From: Planctomycetota bacterium
Lineage (GTDB): Bacteria > Pseudomonadota > Gammaproteobacteria > Eutrophobiales > Eutrophobiaceae
Assembly (NCBI GenBank): GCA_047638675.1
Contig: JBLIML010000005.1
Location: 1-53,145 of the forward strand
Direction: 5' to 3'
DNA: 53,145 nucleotides
The notes below the pieces were generated by a model. It made no database searches. It was given only the letters and a program-made list of their open reading frames with translations, and was not told where the DNA came from. A program made the position numbers and the translations under genes. Positions 34,610 through 44,834 of the stretch are shown here, piece after piece; within the stretch, counting starts at the first letter, position 1; each line of letters begins with the position of its first letter.

Positions 34610-35620
34610 TTATTCATCAGATGATTGGGAGGACAAGTTAAGCAGTCGTACAAATTCATGCCGCCAGGCTGTTGAAGCCTTATCCGACTGTGTACTAGCC
34701 AACGCTTTGGGTGTTAGCGGCAATACGCCCGACACTTTTTCTAACATCACTTTATCTTCGTTCCCTATGGTTCGATCAAAGGCGATGACGTCCTCAGCAG
34801 ATACACTGAAATCATCATTTCGCCAGACGACAAAAGTGAAATATGAGTTGAGATCATCGATTGGCGTCGTTAGCAGTAAAATAATGTGCTCAAGACCAGT
34901 GTGGTAGGCAATCGTGCTGCGTACGGCAAAAGGTAGAAAAAAACCCGTGCTCATGACGCGACTGACGGTCTCCCCTGCCTGTCCAGAAATCAGCGTAGCT
35001 GCACCTGGGTTATCCGCAACAACGTCGTACTGATAGCCATAATAGCCACCCTCGAGCATCTTCAGTTCTATTTCATCAATCCGCGTACGCTGATTGTTTC
35101 CAAAGGTGCCTGTATGCACCCAGGGAAAATGCGCCACATCAAGAAAATTGTCGGTCATCCTCGTTGCCGAGGCGTGCCAGGCCTGTACAGGATTATTGAT
35201 ACGTCTGAATGCAGGATTGCCTTCCTGGCTTATCGCCGGTAACTCTGCCGGATTATCACCCAAACACACCCAGACCAGGCCATATTGCACCCGGGTATTA
35301 ATACAGGCGAGATGTCCGTTTCCGGGGATCGGAAAATCCGGATCAGCGGAAGGAATGGCGACGCAGCGGCCACCTGCACCGAAGGCCCATCCGTGATAAA
35401 TACAGCTAAGCACGCCTTTATCCAAAGACCCTGCGGACAAGGGCGCCTGCCGATGTGGACAGCGGTCGGGAGCCGCAATAACCTGGTTTTTCGTGTCGCG
35501 ATAAATCACAATATTTTCATTCAGAACCGTGCGTCCGACCGGCCCCTGATCCAGTTCATGTTCGCTTGCCGCGACATACCAGTGATCGCGAAGCGCGGGG
35601 TTTTCAGAAAAGATTGTCAT
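34610..35620 (-). CDS. Rieske [2Fe-2S] non-haem iron oxygenase (VanA/KshA/PaO-like, single component)
   Basis: Rieske CPHRQAPL...CIYHGWAF, and the mononuclear-iron block DNFLDVAHFPWVH. Confidence 0.85.
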   Translation of the reverse strand: MTIFSENPALRDHWYVAASEHELDQGPVGRTVLNENIVIYRDTKNQVIAAPDRCPHRQAPLSAGSLDKGVLSCIYHGWAFGAGGRCVAIPSADPDFPIPGNGHLACINTRVQYGLVWVCLGDNPAELPAISQEGNPAFRRINNPVQAWHASATRMTDNFLDVAHFPWVHTGTFGNNQRTRIDEIELKMLEGGYYGYQYDVVADNPGAATLISGQAGETVSRVMSTGFFLPFAVRSTIAYHTGLEHIILLLTTPIDDLNSYFTFVVWRNDDFSVSAEDVIAFDRTIGNEDKVMLEKVSGVLPLTPKALASTQSDKASTAWRHEFVRLLNLSSQSSDE

Positions 35621-35666
35621 TGAGTAATTCCTCGACTAACCAGGATTTGATTTAGTGTCCCAAAAC

Positions 35667-36056
35667 TTAGGAACTGCAACTCACCTGCTTCTGATAGGAC
35701 AGGCCATCCCAATAATCACTTCTCTTAGTGATCAACCCGTCTTGTACAAAAACAATCATGACTCCGCGTATTTCAATCGGCCGATCTTTGTCTATTGCAC
35801 GCATTGTATAGGTCACGGCGGCACGATTATCCGCTTCAATGATTTCTTCAACTGAATAGTGGAGGTTTTTAAAGGTGCCTAGAAAACCGGCCAGTCTTTG
35901 CTGGTAAATTTCTCGTCCTCGACAGGCTACGCCCAATTCACCTACCTGGTCATTCTCAAAGTCTTCAGAGACATGAGAGGCTATTTCAGCAGGATCCCCA
36001 CTGTCAAAAGACGAGAGATAGCTTTGTACCAATTCTCTCGCTGTCATATTATCCAC
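35667..36056 (-). CDS. SnoaL-like / NTF2-fold protein (ester-cyclase family)
   Basis: 129 aa. ELVQSYLSSFDSGD...YSVEEIIEADNRAAVTYTM...ITKRSDYWD is the typical SnoaL_2 layout. Confidence 0.7.
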   Translation of the reverse strand: MDNMTARELVQSYLSSFDSGDPAEIASHVSEDFENDQVGELGVACRGREIYQQRLAGFLGTFKNLHYSVEEIIEADNRAAVTYTMRAIDKDRPIEIRGVMIVFVQDGLITKRSDYWDGLSYQKQVSCSS

Positions 36057-36410
36057 ACTCCCATAAAGGCAGTATCGTAGCTACGTCTTCTCTCAGGGCA
36101 AATCTTGTCACGCTTGATTTGATGGGAATTAGGCATTTCTTCTCTCAGGCACAGGTCAATAGAATCAAAACAGATATCCGTTATTTATCAGCATAACGCG
36201 TATCAGTCTAAATGTTCTTGCACAAATCCGCCCGCCAACTTTAGTTTTTGTTCGCCGTTTCTCTTATAGAACGCTTACCAAGGGCCTAAAGGCGAAATCC
36301 TTCATTCAAGGTCGCAGGCTTTAACCAATTTATGGTGCGCATCTGGACAAGAATAGCCTTATGCTCAGGGCTAGTATGGCTGAGCACATCAAAAATGAAG
36401 AGTAACTAGC

Positions 36411-37601
36411 ATGCTTTCATCAAAATTGACCGACGAATTTTTCGACAAACTGGACAGCTCTGTATTGCCGATCGAAGACGCGGAAACATTGCCACCGTTT
36501 TGCTACACCAGTGAGGAGTTTTATAACTTTGAGAAAGAAGCCGTGTTCAATCATGAGTGGTTGTGTGTCGGCCGTGTCTCACAGCTTGCTGAAAAAGGCG
36601 ATTACTTTACTACCTCGATAATTGGCGAACCGCTCATTATAAGTCGCGATCTCAAGGGAGAATTGCGCGCCATGTCAGCCGTATGTCAACATCGTGCGAT
36701 GCTGGTTGCGGAAGGTCATGGCAATGCTCGCGGCTTCGTATGTCCCTATCATCATTGGACTTACTCTCTTGATGGCTCTTTGACAAACGGGCCTGCCATG
36801 GATAAGACCTGCAATTTCAGCAAAAACGATGTTCGTCTCCCGGCATTGAAAGTCGAAATCTGGCTGGGATTTATTTTTGTCAATTTCGATCATGATGCAG
36901 CACCTCTCGCGCCTAGACTAAAATACATAGAAGAGGCCGTAGAACGTTATGATTTTTCCAGCGCCGAAGCCGTGGGATCCGCTATAACGAGCGAGTTTCC
37001 CTGGAACTGGAAAGTAATGTTTGAAAACAATAATGACGGCTATCATGCCAATCGTTTACACCAGGGCCCTCTTCATGATTTTATCCCCAGCGCTCGGGCA
37101 TCATTCCCTAAATTGCCGGATGATACAGGTGGTTATCTCCGATACAACGGTACGCTACACAAAGACGCAAGTTTTAACGCTACGCAAAGAGCCGTGCTCC
37201 CTGTGTTTCCTGGACTCACCGATGAAGATCGTAACCAGGTGATCTTCGCCAATATTCCACCGACCCTGTCATTGGTACTCACAAGTGAGATGGTGATTTA
37301 TTTAATCGTCCGTGCCACGGGACCGGAGACCAATGCAATGGATGTCGGTGAACTGGTCGCACCAGGTGCTCAAGATGATCCCGCATTTGAACACCGACTG
37401 GAATTGATCAATTCAGCGGCAGGAAAAATCATGGCACAAGATCAGCACGTTGATGAACTCGTCCAGGTCGGACTGCGCTCCCGCTTCGCTGTTCGGGGAC
37501 GTTACTCCTGGCAGGAAGGCGCCCAGATGGATTTGAATCGATGGTTGGTGCCGCGTTATCAATCCTGTTGGAAAGCGATGCGTGAGCCGCGGAAAAATTA
37601 A
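36411..37601 (+). CDS. Rieske oxygenase alpha subunit (homomeric GbcA/CntA/OxoO-like type, no beta subunit)
   Basis: CQHRAMLV...CPYHHWTY Rieske motif. NNNDGYHANRLH iron motif. The N-terminal LPPFCYTSEEFYNFEKEAVF is typical of the family. Confidence 0.85.
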   Translation: MLSSKLTDEFFDKLDSSVLPIEDAETLPPFCYTSEEFYNFEKEAVFNHEWLCVGRVSQLAEKGDYFTTSIIGEPLIISRDLKGELRAMSAVCQHRAMLVAEGHGNARGFVCPYHHWTYSLDGSLTNGPAMDKTCNFSKNDVRLPALKVEIWLGFIFVNFDHDAAPLAPRLKYIEEAVERYDFSSAEAVGSAITSEFPWNWKVMFENNNDGYHANRLHQGPLHDFIPSARASFPKLPDDTGGYLRYNGTLHKDASFNATQRAVLPVFPGLTDEDRNQVIFANIPPTLSLVLTSEMVIYLIVRATGPETNAMDVGELVAPGAQDDPAFEHRLELINSAAGKIMAQDQHVDELVQVGLRSRFAVRGRYSWQEGAQMDLNRWLVPRYQSCWKAMREPRKN

Positions 37602-37740
37602 TACCTCCTCGGCTCATTAAATTGTGTTGTTTTTATAAGACAAATATATGAAGCCGATGTAAAAGCGATAGTTGAGAAGCGTCCTAGATAGCCAGAGATA
37701 CTTCAGTTACGATAAGCATTCAACTACAGTAATTTTGTCA

Positions 37741-37781
37741 AACAATGGGGCGCATTCGTGCAAACCCCTTTGTTGTTTTTA
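37741..37781 (+). terminator. Terminator or attenuator-like hairpin between the Rieske gene and the TonB receptor gene
   Basis: aacaatgggg-cgcattcgtgcaaa-cccctttgtt followed by gttttt. The stem has one T-T mismatch and the loop has an inner gca/tgc stem. Confidence 0.5.
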
Positions 37782-37829
37782 TCACAAACTTCAGTAAGTT
37801 ACTCGTTCACAGCTAATGGGGGTTGATTC

Positions 37830-40142
37830 ATGGGTAAGATAAAGATTCACACGCATCGCGCACTTGTATCGTTCATCACGGTATTAACACTTTTAGGTGT
37901 TATTTCATCGACTAATGCTACGACTTTAGCGCTAGAAGAAATCACCGTCACCGCGCGTAAACGCGAAGTCACTTTGCAAGACGCCGCCATCGCGGTTTCA
38001 GTCGTCTCTGGCGCGGATTTCGATAGATCAAACATTGTAAAATTAGATAACTTCAATGGCTATACTCCCGGCTTGATTGTGGCAAAGAATGATGGTGCTG
38101 GCCGGGTAGTCACAATTCGGGGTATCGGTTGGGAAACCGCCCAAAATATTGCCTCACAACCCAGCGTACTTACTTACATTGACGGAATCTATCTGGCGAA
38201 TCCGCTTTCAATGGGACTGGATCTGGGCGAGCTGGAACGCGTGGAAGTCTTTCGAGGCCCTCAGGGTACAGAATTCGGCCAGGGCACCACCGGCGGCGCT
38301 ATCAACCTGGTCACTAAAAAGCCAGTGCTTGGAGAAGCCAGTGGTTATGCCGAATTTGGCTACGGCACTTTTAATACTACCAATGCGAGGGGCGCCGTCA
38401 ATTTCCCCCTCGGCGACAGATCGGCAATACGTGCGTCTATCCAAAAATACGATCATGATGGCTTCGCTGAAATTAAAGGCGGAGCACTCGACGGCTATGA
38501 CCTGGACGATGCCGATTCCATTACCGGAAAAGTGTCGTGGTTATTCGAGCCTACTGAAAATTTTTCGATTCTCGCGCAAGGATTCATTCATGACTCCGAT
38601 CAACATGCCGCAGCGCAAAAGAACATCGACGATCCCAACCCGGATCCACGAAAACTTACGCAGGATTTCCCTGGTATCTTTAAACTAGAGAACAAAAGTG
38701 TGTCGCTGACAATGGAGTGGGAAACCCCGATAGGTGTGACCATAAAATCGTTGACGGGCTATCAGAAACTGAAAAAGCGTCAATCGGAAGACGGTGATCG
38801 CCTGACAGAAGCAACAGTCGCAATTGACAGGTTGGGATTCTTCAGTTTCGACAACTGGGATGTACTGCCTTTCTGGGACAACGATTCCAAAGCCTTCAGT
38901 CAGGAAATCAACGCTACCTATAACAGTGATAAACTTGATTGGGTCGTTGGCGCCTACTATCTGGACCATGACAATTTCAATGACTTCCTCGAGGCAACCG
39001 CCCCAGCGCCATTCTCTGCGTCCGCCGCCGCCCTGGAAAATCCCAGTGTAGCCAACCTGCCGCCATTCGCCTCCGCATTAAATTTCAACGAAACGCGAAC
39101 GGTCGCACGGGAAGATCTTGCGATATATGCCCAGGCCACTTATCGGTTTACCGACATGTACGCGGTAACGGGTGGCGTGCGTTATCAGGATGAGAAACAA
39201 AGAGATTTTGGTACTCAATTTTTCGGTATCTTTGGCGGCTTCGATAGAGATACAAACGACTCGAAAGTCACATGGAAAGTCGGTGCTGACGTCAATCTTA
39301 CCGAAAACAATATGATCTATGGTCTTGTATCGACGGGCTGGAAAAACGGCGGTACCAATCCAGGTGCCATTACTGGCGGCGCCATATTTCTAGATGCCGC
39401 CTTCAAACCTGAAGAAGTCACATCTTATGAGATCGGTAGTCGGAACACGTTTATGGATGGCAGACTGAGACTGAATATCACCGCTTTTTATTACGATCAC
39501 GAACACCTTCAGTATATTTTCGAAGATCCAGTCCCCTTTGGCGGTGGTACCAACACGATTCCGAAACTCGAAGAATATGGTGTCGAAACAGAATTCAGTT
39601 TTAAGATGGCAGAAGACTGGCAATTAGATGGCATGTTTGCCTGGCAAGATGGCAAGTTTAAAGGGGACACCTTTGCTCTGGATCCGATTGATTTTCGTGA
39701 GGCACTTGGACCAGGCGTGGGGCTGTTTACCGGAGGCGGCTTTGGCACACGATTTGGTCTGGCGACGACCAACAACCTCAATGGTAATGAACCACCAAAA
39801 TTACCTAGTATTATGGCCAGACTCAGTTTGACCAACACCTATGCTTTTTCTGATGGGGCCGTGTTGAGTTCAAGAGTGGAATACCTCCACCGCGGAGAAA
39901 TGCAATCCCGTGTCTTTAACAATCCTTTATTTGACACCGTTCCCAGTTACGATGTTGTCAATCTGAATTTTGCCTATGACATGGCTAACCGACCCGTCAC
40001 TTTTAACCTGGTGATTTCCAATGTCTTTGATGAGGACGGCATCAACAATGTCTTCAACAACCCTTTCGGGATTTGGTCAACGAGCAACGAATATATCCCA
40101 CCACGTGAAGTCATTGGTTCGGTGCGTTATAGCTGGGATTAG
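37830..40142 (+). CDS. TonB-dependent outer-membrane receptor
   Basis: Signal peptide, then LEEITVTARKRE at the plug start, FRGPQGTEFGQGTTGGAINLVTKKP, and a C-terminal ...VIGSVRYSWD. Confidence 0.92.
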   Translation: MGKIKIHTHRALVSFITVLTLLGVISSTNATTLALEEITVTARKREVTLQDAAIAVSVVSGADFDRSNIVKLDNFNGYTPGLIVAKNDGAGRVVTIRGIGWETAQNIASQPSVLTYIDGIYLANPLSMGLDLGELERVEVFRGPQGTEFGQGTTGGAINLVTKKPVLGEASGYAEFGYGTFNTTNARGAVNFPLGDRSAIRASIQKYDHDGFAEIKGGALDGYDLDDADSITGKVSWLFEPTENFSILAQGFIHDSDQHAAAQKNIDDPNPDPRKLTQDFPGIFKLENKSVSLTMEWETPIGVTIKSLTGYQKLKKRQSEDGDRLTEATVAIDRLGFFSFDNWDVLPFWDNDSKAFSQEINATYNSDKLDWVVGAYYLDHDNFNDFLEATAPAPFSASAAALENPSVANLPPFASALNFNETRTVAREDLAIYAQATYRFTDMYAVTGGVRYQDEKQRDFGTQFFGIFGGFDRDTNDSKVTWKVGADVNLTENNMIYGLVSTGWKNGGTNPGAITGGAIFLDAAFKPEEVTSYEIGSRNTFMDGRLRLNITAFYYDHEHLQYIFEDPVPFGGGTNTIPKLEEYGVETEFSFKMAEDWQLDGMFAWQDGKFKGDTFALDPIDFREALGPGVGLFTGGGFGTRFGLATTNNLNGNEPPKLPSIMARLSLTNTYAFSDGAVLSSRVEYLHRGEMQSRVFNNPLFDTVPSYDVVNLNFAYDMANRPVTFNLVISNVFDEDGINNVFNNPFGIWSTSNEYIPPREVIGSVRYSWD

Positions 40143-40168
40143 AACAAACAAAAGCTGTTATCGATGTC

Positions 40169-40199
40169 AGCCCGGAGCAATTCATGCTCCGGGCTTATT
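40169..40199 (+). terminator. Intrinsic terminator after the receptor gene
   Basis: agcccggagc-aattcat-gctccgggct (10-bp stem) followed by tattg. The U-tract is weak. Confidence 0.55.
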
Positions 40200-40279
40200 G
40201 ACTGCATGAAGGTGGAAGATTTTAATGAGAACACAAATTGTGGCCTCAAGCTTGAAGCACGTCGTAAATTATCACTCAT

Positions 40280-41278
40280 ATGTCTGACGCCATAGCTAAA
40301 GACCATATCCCTGTTATCGAACTTGGCCCGTCCTTTTTCAATGACAGTGGTCATGATGCCGTTGCGGATCAAATAGCCCATGCCTGCGAAACCCTTGGCT
40401 TTTTAATAGTGACTGGGCATTCCGTAGCCAAAGCAACTATCGATAACATGATTGACTCCTCCGTAGCTTTCTTCACCCAAGCGATAGAAGCACGAGTCAG
40501 GGCTATGCCTCCGAGCCCCTATGTCTTTCGCGGCTATTTCCCTTCTGAAGCGTCTGCATTAGCCGCAAGTCTTGATATCGAAACACCTGGTGATCTTTGT
40601 GAAGTCTATTGTATTAATCGTTTTGATGATCCAGAAGATGCGGCCCGAGCAGGAATGAATAAAGATCGAGAAATGTTTTTCGCTCCCAATATCTGGCCGG
40701 AGGACGTCGCGGACTTTAAGCGTGCCTGGATAACTTATTATTCCGCTATGGAAAGTCTTACAAATCATTTGCTCACTCTGATGGCAAAGGCCTTGAATTT
40801 GCCGAATGACTGGTTCGATCCTTTTTGCGATCAACACACAACTAATCTGGTAGCGAATTACTATCCACCGCAAAAGTCAGTGCCGCAACCCGACCAACTT
40901 CGCCGCGGCGCGCACACCGATTACGGGAGCCTTTCTATTCTTTATCAAACACACGACTCTGGTGGTCTGCAGGTGCAGACAAAAGACGGCAATTGGCTGG
41001 ATGTTCCGTATATTGAGGATAGCTTCGTCATCAATATTGGTGACCTACTGGCTGTATGGACGAATGATCGATGGGTATCCACAATGCACCGCGTAATTAA
41101 CCCGCAACGCGAGAGGGCCGATGAATCGCGTATGTCTGCGGTATTCTTCCATCAACCTAACTTTGACTCGAGAATAGAGTGCATTCCAACATGCACGTCC
41201 CCTGACAAGCCTCCACAGTACCCGCCAACTAGTGCAGGAGAGTGGATATTAGCAAAATTACAGAAAAGCGTAGATTGA
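40280..41278 (+). CDS. 2-oxoglutarate/Fe(II)-dependent oxygenase (isopenicillin-N-synthase-like)
   Basis: DIOX_N-like N-terminus (IPVIELGP), an HxD motif in GAHTDYGSLSIL, and a distal His in WVSTMHRV. Confidence 0.85.
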   Translation: MSDAIAKDHIPVIELGPSFFNDSGHDAVADQIAHACETLGFLIVTGHSVAKATIDNMIDSSVAFFTQAIEARVRAMPPSPYVFRGYFPSEASALAASLDIETPGDLCEVYCINRFDDPEDAARAGMNKDREMFFAPNIWPEDVADFKRAWITYYSAMESLTNHLLTLMAKALNLPNDWFDPFCDQHTTNLVANYYPPQKSVPQPDQLRRGAHTDYGSLSILYQTHDSGGLQVQTKDGNWLDVPYIEDSFVINIGDLLAVWTNDRWVSTMHRVINPQRERADESRMSAVFFHQPNFDSRIECIPTCTSPDKPPQYPPTSAGEWILAKLQKSVD

Positions 41279-41340
41279 GAAACTAATAATTCTTTAGTGG
41301 CTCGCATTACAGGTAACATTAAATTTAGGAGACAGCGAAT

Positions 41341-41820
41341 ATGAGCACCGAAAAATCGAATTACGAATTTCGTCCAAAACAACAAGCCTGGACTCATCTC
41401 GCCTTGCATGTAAATGACATCGACAAGGTCATTGCCTGGTATGAAGAATTTACCCATCTGAGTCTATTATTCAAAGAGGAAGATGAAGACGGCTACGGTG
41501 CCTGGCTGGGTGATAAAACCCAGAGCAAAAGTCCCTTTATTCTGGTACTGGCGCAATTTTTTGAAGGACATGATCCCTTTGCTCCGATAAAACACCCAAC
41601 ACTCGGACCCTTTGCACACATTGGTATTGAAGTCCCGGACAAGCAAGGCGTTGACGATATCGCAGCCAAAGCGAAAGAAGCCGGTTGCCTCATCCTCGGA
41701 CCACAGCAAATGCCAAAACGTATTGGCTACATCTGCTTTCTCCGCGATCCGGAAGGCAACATGGTTGAGTTTTCCTATGACCAGGGTATCTACGAAAAGG
41801 CCCGCGAAGTTTGGGGCTAA
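41341..41820 (+). CDS. VOC (glyoxalase/bleomycin-resistance/dioxygenase) family protein
   Basis: WTHLALHVNDIDKVIAWYEE...HIGIEV...FLRDPEGNMVEF, the paired beta-alpha-beta-beta-beta pattern. Confidence 0.8.
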   Translation: MSTEKSNYEFRPKQQAWTHLALHVNDIDKVIAWYEEFTHLSLLFKEEDEDGYGAWLGDKTQSKSPFILVLAQFFEGHDPFAPIKHPTLGPFAHIGIEVPDKQGVDDIAAKAKEAGCLILGPQQMPKRIGYICFLRDPEGNMVEFSYDQGIYEKAREVWG

Positions 41821-41879
41821 GACGGCTGATTTACTGTCTATTTATTAGACGTCTTAGACATCGCTAATATTGTATTTTT

Positions 41880-41915
41880 GCCACGGACGCCTACATGGAT
41901 GTAGGCGTCTGTGGC
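41880..41915. repeat. Palindromic REP-like hairpin between convergent genes
   Basis: gccacggacgcctac-atggat-gtaggcgtctgtggc. It shares ggacgcctaca...gtagg with 10509-10530. No U-tract follows it on either strand. Confidence 0.7.
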
Positions 41916-41946
41916 AATAAAAGTTCTAAGCAAGTCAATATAATAG

Positions 41947-43344
41947 TTATAGCACCGGATACTTAGCCTTATCCGGCAAACCAGATCTCGCAGTAATGGC
42001 TTCACCCATCCGCTGTGCATCCGCCCAAAGTTTATCTTCATCGATAGTGATGCAATGACCGTCCTCAACCACAACTTTTCCATCGACCAGCACAGTATGC
42101 ACGCCCCGTCCGTCTGCCGACCAGACTAACTGATTTATTACGTTCAGAAGAGGACGCCATTCAGGTCGATCAGTATCGTGCAGAACAAGATCGGCTTTCT
42201 TACCTGGCTCAAGCGAGCCGATTTGATCCTCCATCAGTAAAGTACGAGCACCACCCAATGTCGCCATTTCGAAAGCTTTCTCCGCAGGGAACATTTGAGG
42301 ATCCATTCTGGCATCCTTAAAAAGTCCAGCCACAAGATAAGTGGCACGCATGAGATCGGAATAGTTGGACGCATTGTTGCCATCGATGCCGATGGAAACA
42401 TTGATACCTTTCTGTACCATTTCCGGAAACTTACCGACCTGGGTAATGCCATAAGCGACCTTTAATGCTGTCGTCGGACAATGTGCCACATTGATGCCAG
42501 CGGCAGCCATCACATCAATTTCCTGATCGTCCACACGTACGCAATGTGTAATAGCACAATTACGATCTAACACACCAATTTCGGCTAAATGAATCATGGG
42601 ACGTTGACCAAATTCGGCAGTAAATCCATCTGGGTCGGTATTGGCCGGGGACATATGAAAACTTAAACCGACTTTATGTTCATCTGAGAGTGTCTTTGCC
42701 GCACGCCAAAGAGGATCACTACAGGTAGTGTGACCAACAAGAATACTCCACGCAGAAATACGATCGTCAGGCTTATTATATTTTTCCAACTGCCGCTGCA
42801 AATTAGCAATAGCCTGATCCGTACTTTGCCGGTAAACCGATGGCTCTGGTGGCAGATCCCAAATCCATTTTCCAACGCGACCGCGTATACCTGTTTCTAC
42901 CAGCCCCTCAATCACGTCATCGAGGTAATTGATCGTACCGGCTTCTAGAAAACTCGTTGTGCCGCTTCGTAACATTTCCACTGCTGCCAATTGACCTGAA
43001 ACTTTTTCTTCCTCAGCATTCGCAACCGAATAAAGCGTACATAACCAATAGAAAACATTTTCTTCAAAAGATGCATCATCCGGTACATAGCCTCGTGTGA
43101 TGGGCTCGCCTGTTATATGAATATGCGTGTTGATAAGCCCGGGTGTCACCACGAAACGATCGCCGCCAATTCGGCTCGCTGGTTTATATTTTTTTTCTAA
43201 ATCGACGGTTTTGCCAACATCGATAATTTTATCCTTCACGATAGCGACAGAACCGCGATGAATAATATCGCGCGTCTCATTCATCGTAACGACATACCAG
43301 GCATCTACCAGTACATCGATTTCTTTTTGTGCTGTTTCCGACAT
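41947..43344 (-). CDS. Metal-dependent amidohydrolase (TRZ/ATZ, SAH/MTA-deaminase-like subfamily)
   Basis: GLINTHIHITGE (HxH), and the ...HCV..., IGIDGNNASN and ADLVLHD blocks. 465 aa. Confidence 0.85.
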   Translation of the reverse strand: MSETAQKEIDVLVDAWYVVTMNETRDIIHRGSVAIVKDKIIDVGKTVDLEKKYKPASRIGGDRFVVTPGLINTHIHITGEPITRGYVPDDASFEENVFYWLCTLYSVANAEEEKVSGQLAAVEMLRSGTTSFLEAGTINYLDDVIEGLVETGIRGRVGKWIWDLPPEPSVYRQSTDQAIANLQRQLEKYNKPDDRISAWSILVGHTTCSDPLWRAAKTLSDEHKVGLSFHMSPANTDPDGFTAEFGQRPMIHLAEIGVLDRNCAITHCVRVDDQEIDVMAAAGINVAHCPTTALKVAYGITQVGKFPEMVQKGINVSIGIDGNNASNYSDLMRATYLVAGLFKDARMDPQMFPAEKAFEMATLGGARTLLMEDQIGSLEPGKKADLVLHDTDRPEWRPLLNVINQLVWSADGRGVHTVLVDGKVVVEDGHCITIDEDKLWADAQRMGEAITARSGLPDKAKYPVL

Positions 43345-43378
43345 GAGTGTGTTCCTCTTATTTATTTTTCTAGCTCTT

Positions 43379-43712
43379 CCGCAGAATCTGTGGGTGAAAA
43401 TATACTATTCTTTTGAGCCTGGAAAAACAAAGCTCGTCATTCCCGCGTGCTTTTGGCGGAGAAGTGCTACAAGAACATAACGTGTACCTAGCTAAGGATG
43501 CAATTGCAGTTATACAATTGATTCTATATAAAAAGCTCGTCATTCCCGCGTGCTTTTGGCGGGAATCCAGATATACAATTGATTCAATTTAATTCGTACC
43601 AGCATTTACACAAGCGTCTACTCATTTATCCTGATCCCTCTATCTCCATGGACTTCCATCCTTTGGTTCGTAAACGCTGCTCCGCCAAAAGCACGCGGGA
43701 ATGACGGCGTTC
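43379..43712. repeat. Second cluster of the gtcattcccgc REP family: long form, short form and an inverted copy
   Basis: Same 5' flank as at 4575 (gcagaatctgtgggtgaaaa...ttgag...). The long copy starts at 43432. The short perfect hairpin is cgtcattcccgcgtgcttttggcgggaatccag at about 43537-43570. The inverted copy is ccgccaaaagcacgcgggaatgacg at about 43682-43707. Confidence 0.8.
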
Positions 43713-43729
43713 TTTAACTTCCTTTCCTG

Positions 43730-44827
43730 TTAATCCATAGATTCTGCTGAAGACCCATTTTTCTTACTTGCTACGTAAACCATATTAAAGCCAATGGGCT
43801 CGATCATCCGGATGGCTTCAAGCGCCTGACTCGACAACCACGCATGCATCTGCTCATGGGTAAGAATGCAACCGCGTAAAGTATTCGCCAACATGGTCAT
43901 GCCCATGTGCACGCCGAAGGCATTCAGTTTGCGATCATTATCGGCAAAGTAGTCGGCGACTAATAATTTACCGCCGGGTCTTAGCGCATTGACCGCGCGT
44001 GAAATCAGACCCTGCGCTAACTCCGGTCCCTCTGTACGACAGATATGACCCAGTGCAATGAGATCATAACTTTCTTCTTCAAACGGTGTATCGTGAAAGT
44101 TACCAGGGCGAAACTCACATCGCGCTGATAGGCCTCGTTCTTCAACCATGGTTTCAGCAAGTCCGATCACTTCAGGTAAATCGTTAATGACGGCAGTCGA
44201 GTTCGGCGATTGCTCCATTGCGGCTATCGCCCAGGGCGCACAGCCCGCACCAACATCGAGGATTCGCATATCAGGTATTCGCTGCCAACCCAGACGCCAA
44301 CCCAAACGAGTGGCCACTCTATGTTGTGTTGGAAAAGTTGCCTTCACTAATGGCCCGTAAAAACCAGCCATGTCGCCTTCTATCGGCTCGCCAACTTTGC
44401 CTTCGCGAATGGTCTCCGCCAGATTAATCCAGTTTTCCAAAGGACCCGGTGAGACTCGCACGAGTGAAGCCATAGACGCTGCGCCATTGCGGCATAAATA
44501 GCGCTCTGCCGTTTCGGTTAGTTCATATTCATCATGAAGTTGGTCAAGAAAACCAAGCGTCACCATACAATCCAGCAAATGTTGCAGGTGATTTGCCGAC
44601 ACTTCAAGATGCCCGGCAAGCACTTCCGCTTTTTGCTTGCCTCGCTCTTCAAGAGCATCAAAAATACCCAGATCGATAGCCGCCACCAGCATCCAATAGG
44701 TATTGCCAGCGGTGATAACCGCCCACACAGGCCCAGAGGGCGGCGGCTTGTAGTCGCGCCATGGCCGGCCCGTGTGCGCCATCGTGTGACTTTTCTTAAT
44801 TTCGGGATAGGGAGGATCAGCGCTCAT
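43730..44827 (-). CDS. SAM-dependent O-methyltransferase (family 2, with N-terminal dimerisation/winged-helix domain)
   Basis: ILDVGAGCAPWAIAAM motif I, and an N-terminal LVAAIDLGIFDALEE... dimerisation region. I place the start at ATG 44827 (MSADPPYP...) because the ORF-track start at 44983 overlaps the upstream gene by about 150 nt. Confidence 0.8.
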   Translation of the reverse strand: MSADPPYPEIKKSHTMAHTGRPWRDYKPPPSGPVWAVITAGNTYWMLVAAIDLGIFDALEERGKQKAEVLAGHLEVSANHLQHLLDCMVTLGFLDQLHDEYELTETAERYLCRNGAASMASLVRVSPGPLENWINLAETIREGKVGEPIEGDMAGFYGPLVKATFPTQHRVATRLGWRLGWQRIPDMRILDVGAGCAPWAIAAMEQSPNSTAVINDLPEVIGLAETMVEERGLSARCEFRPGNFHDTPFEEESYDLIALGHICRTEGPELAQGLISRAVNALRPGGKLLVADYFADNDRKLNAFGVHMGMTMLANTLRGCILTHEQMHAWLSSQALEAIRMIEPIGFNMVYVASKKNGSSAESMD

Positions 44828-44834
44828 AATTTGC

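Noticed and set aside
37690-37710. A Fur-box-like GATAAGCATTC upstream of the second TonB receptor
   Set aside because: It matches only about half of the 19-bp Fur consensus, and the receptor sits in a catabolic rather than a siderophore context.
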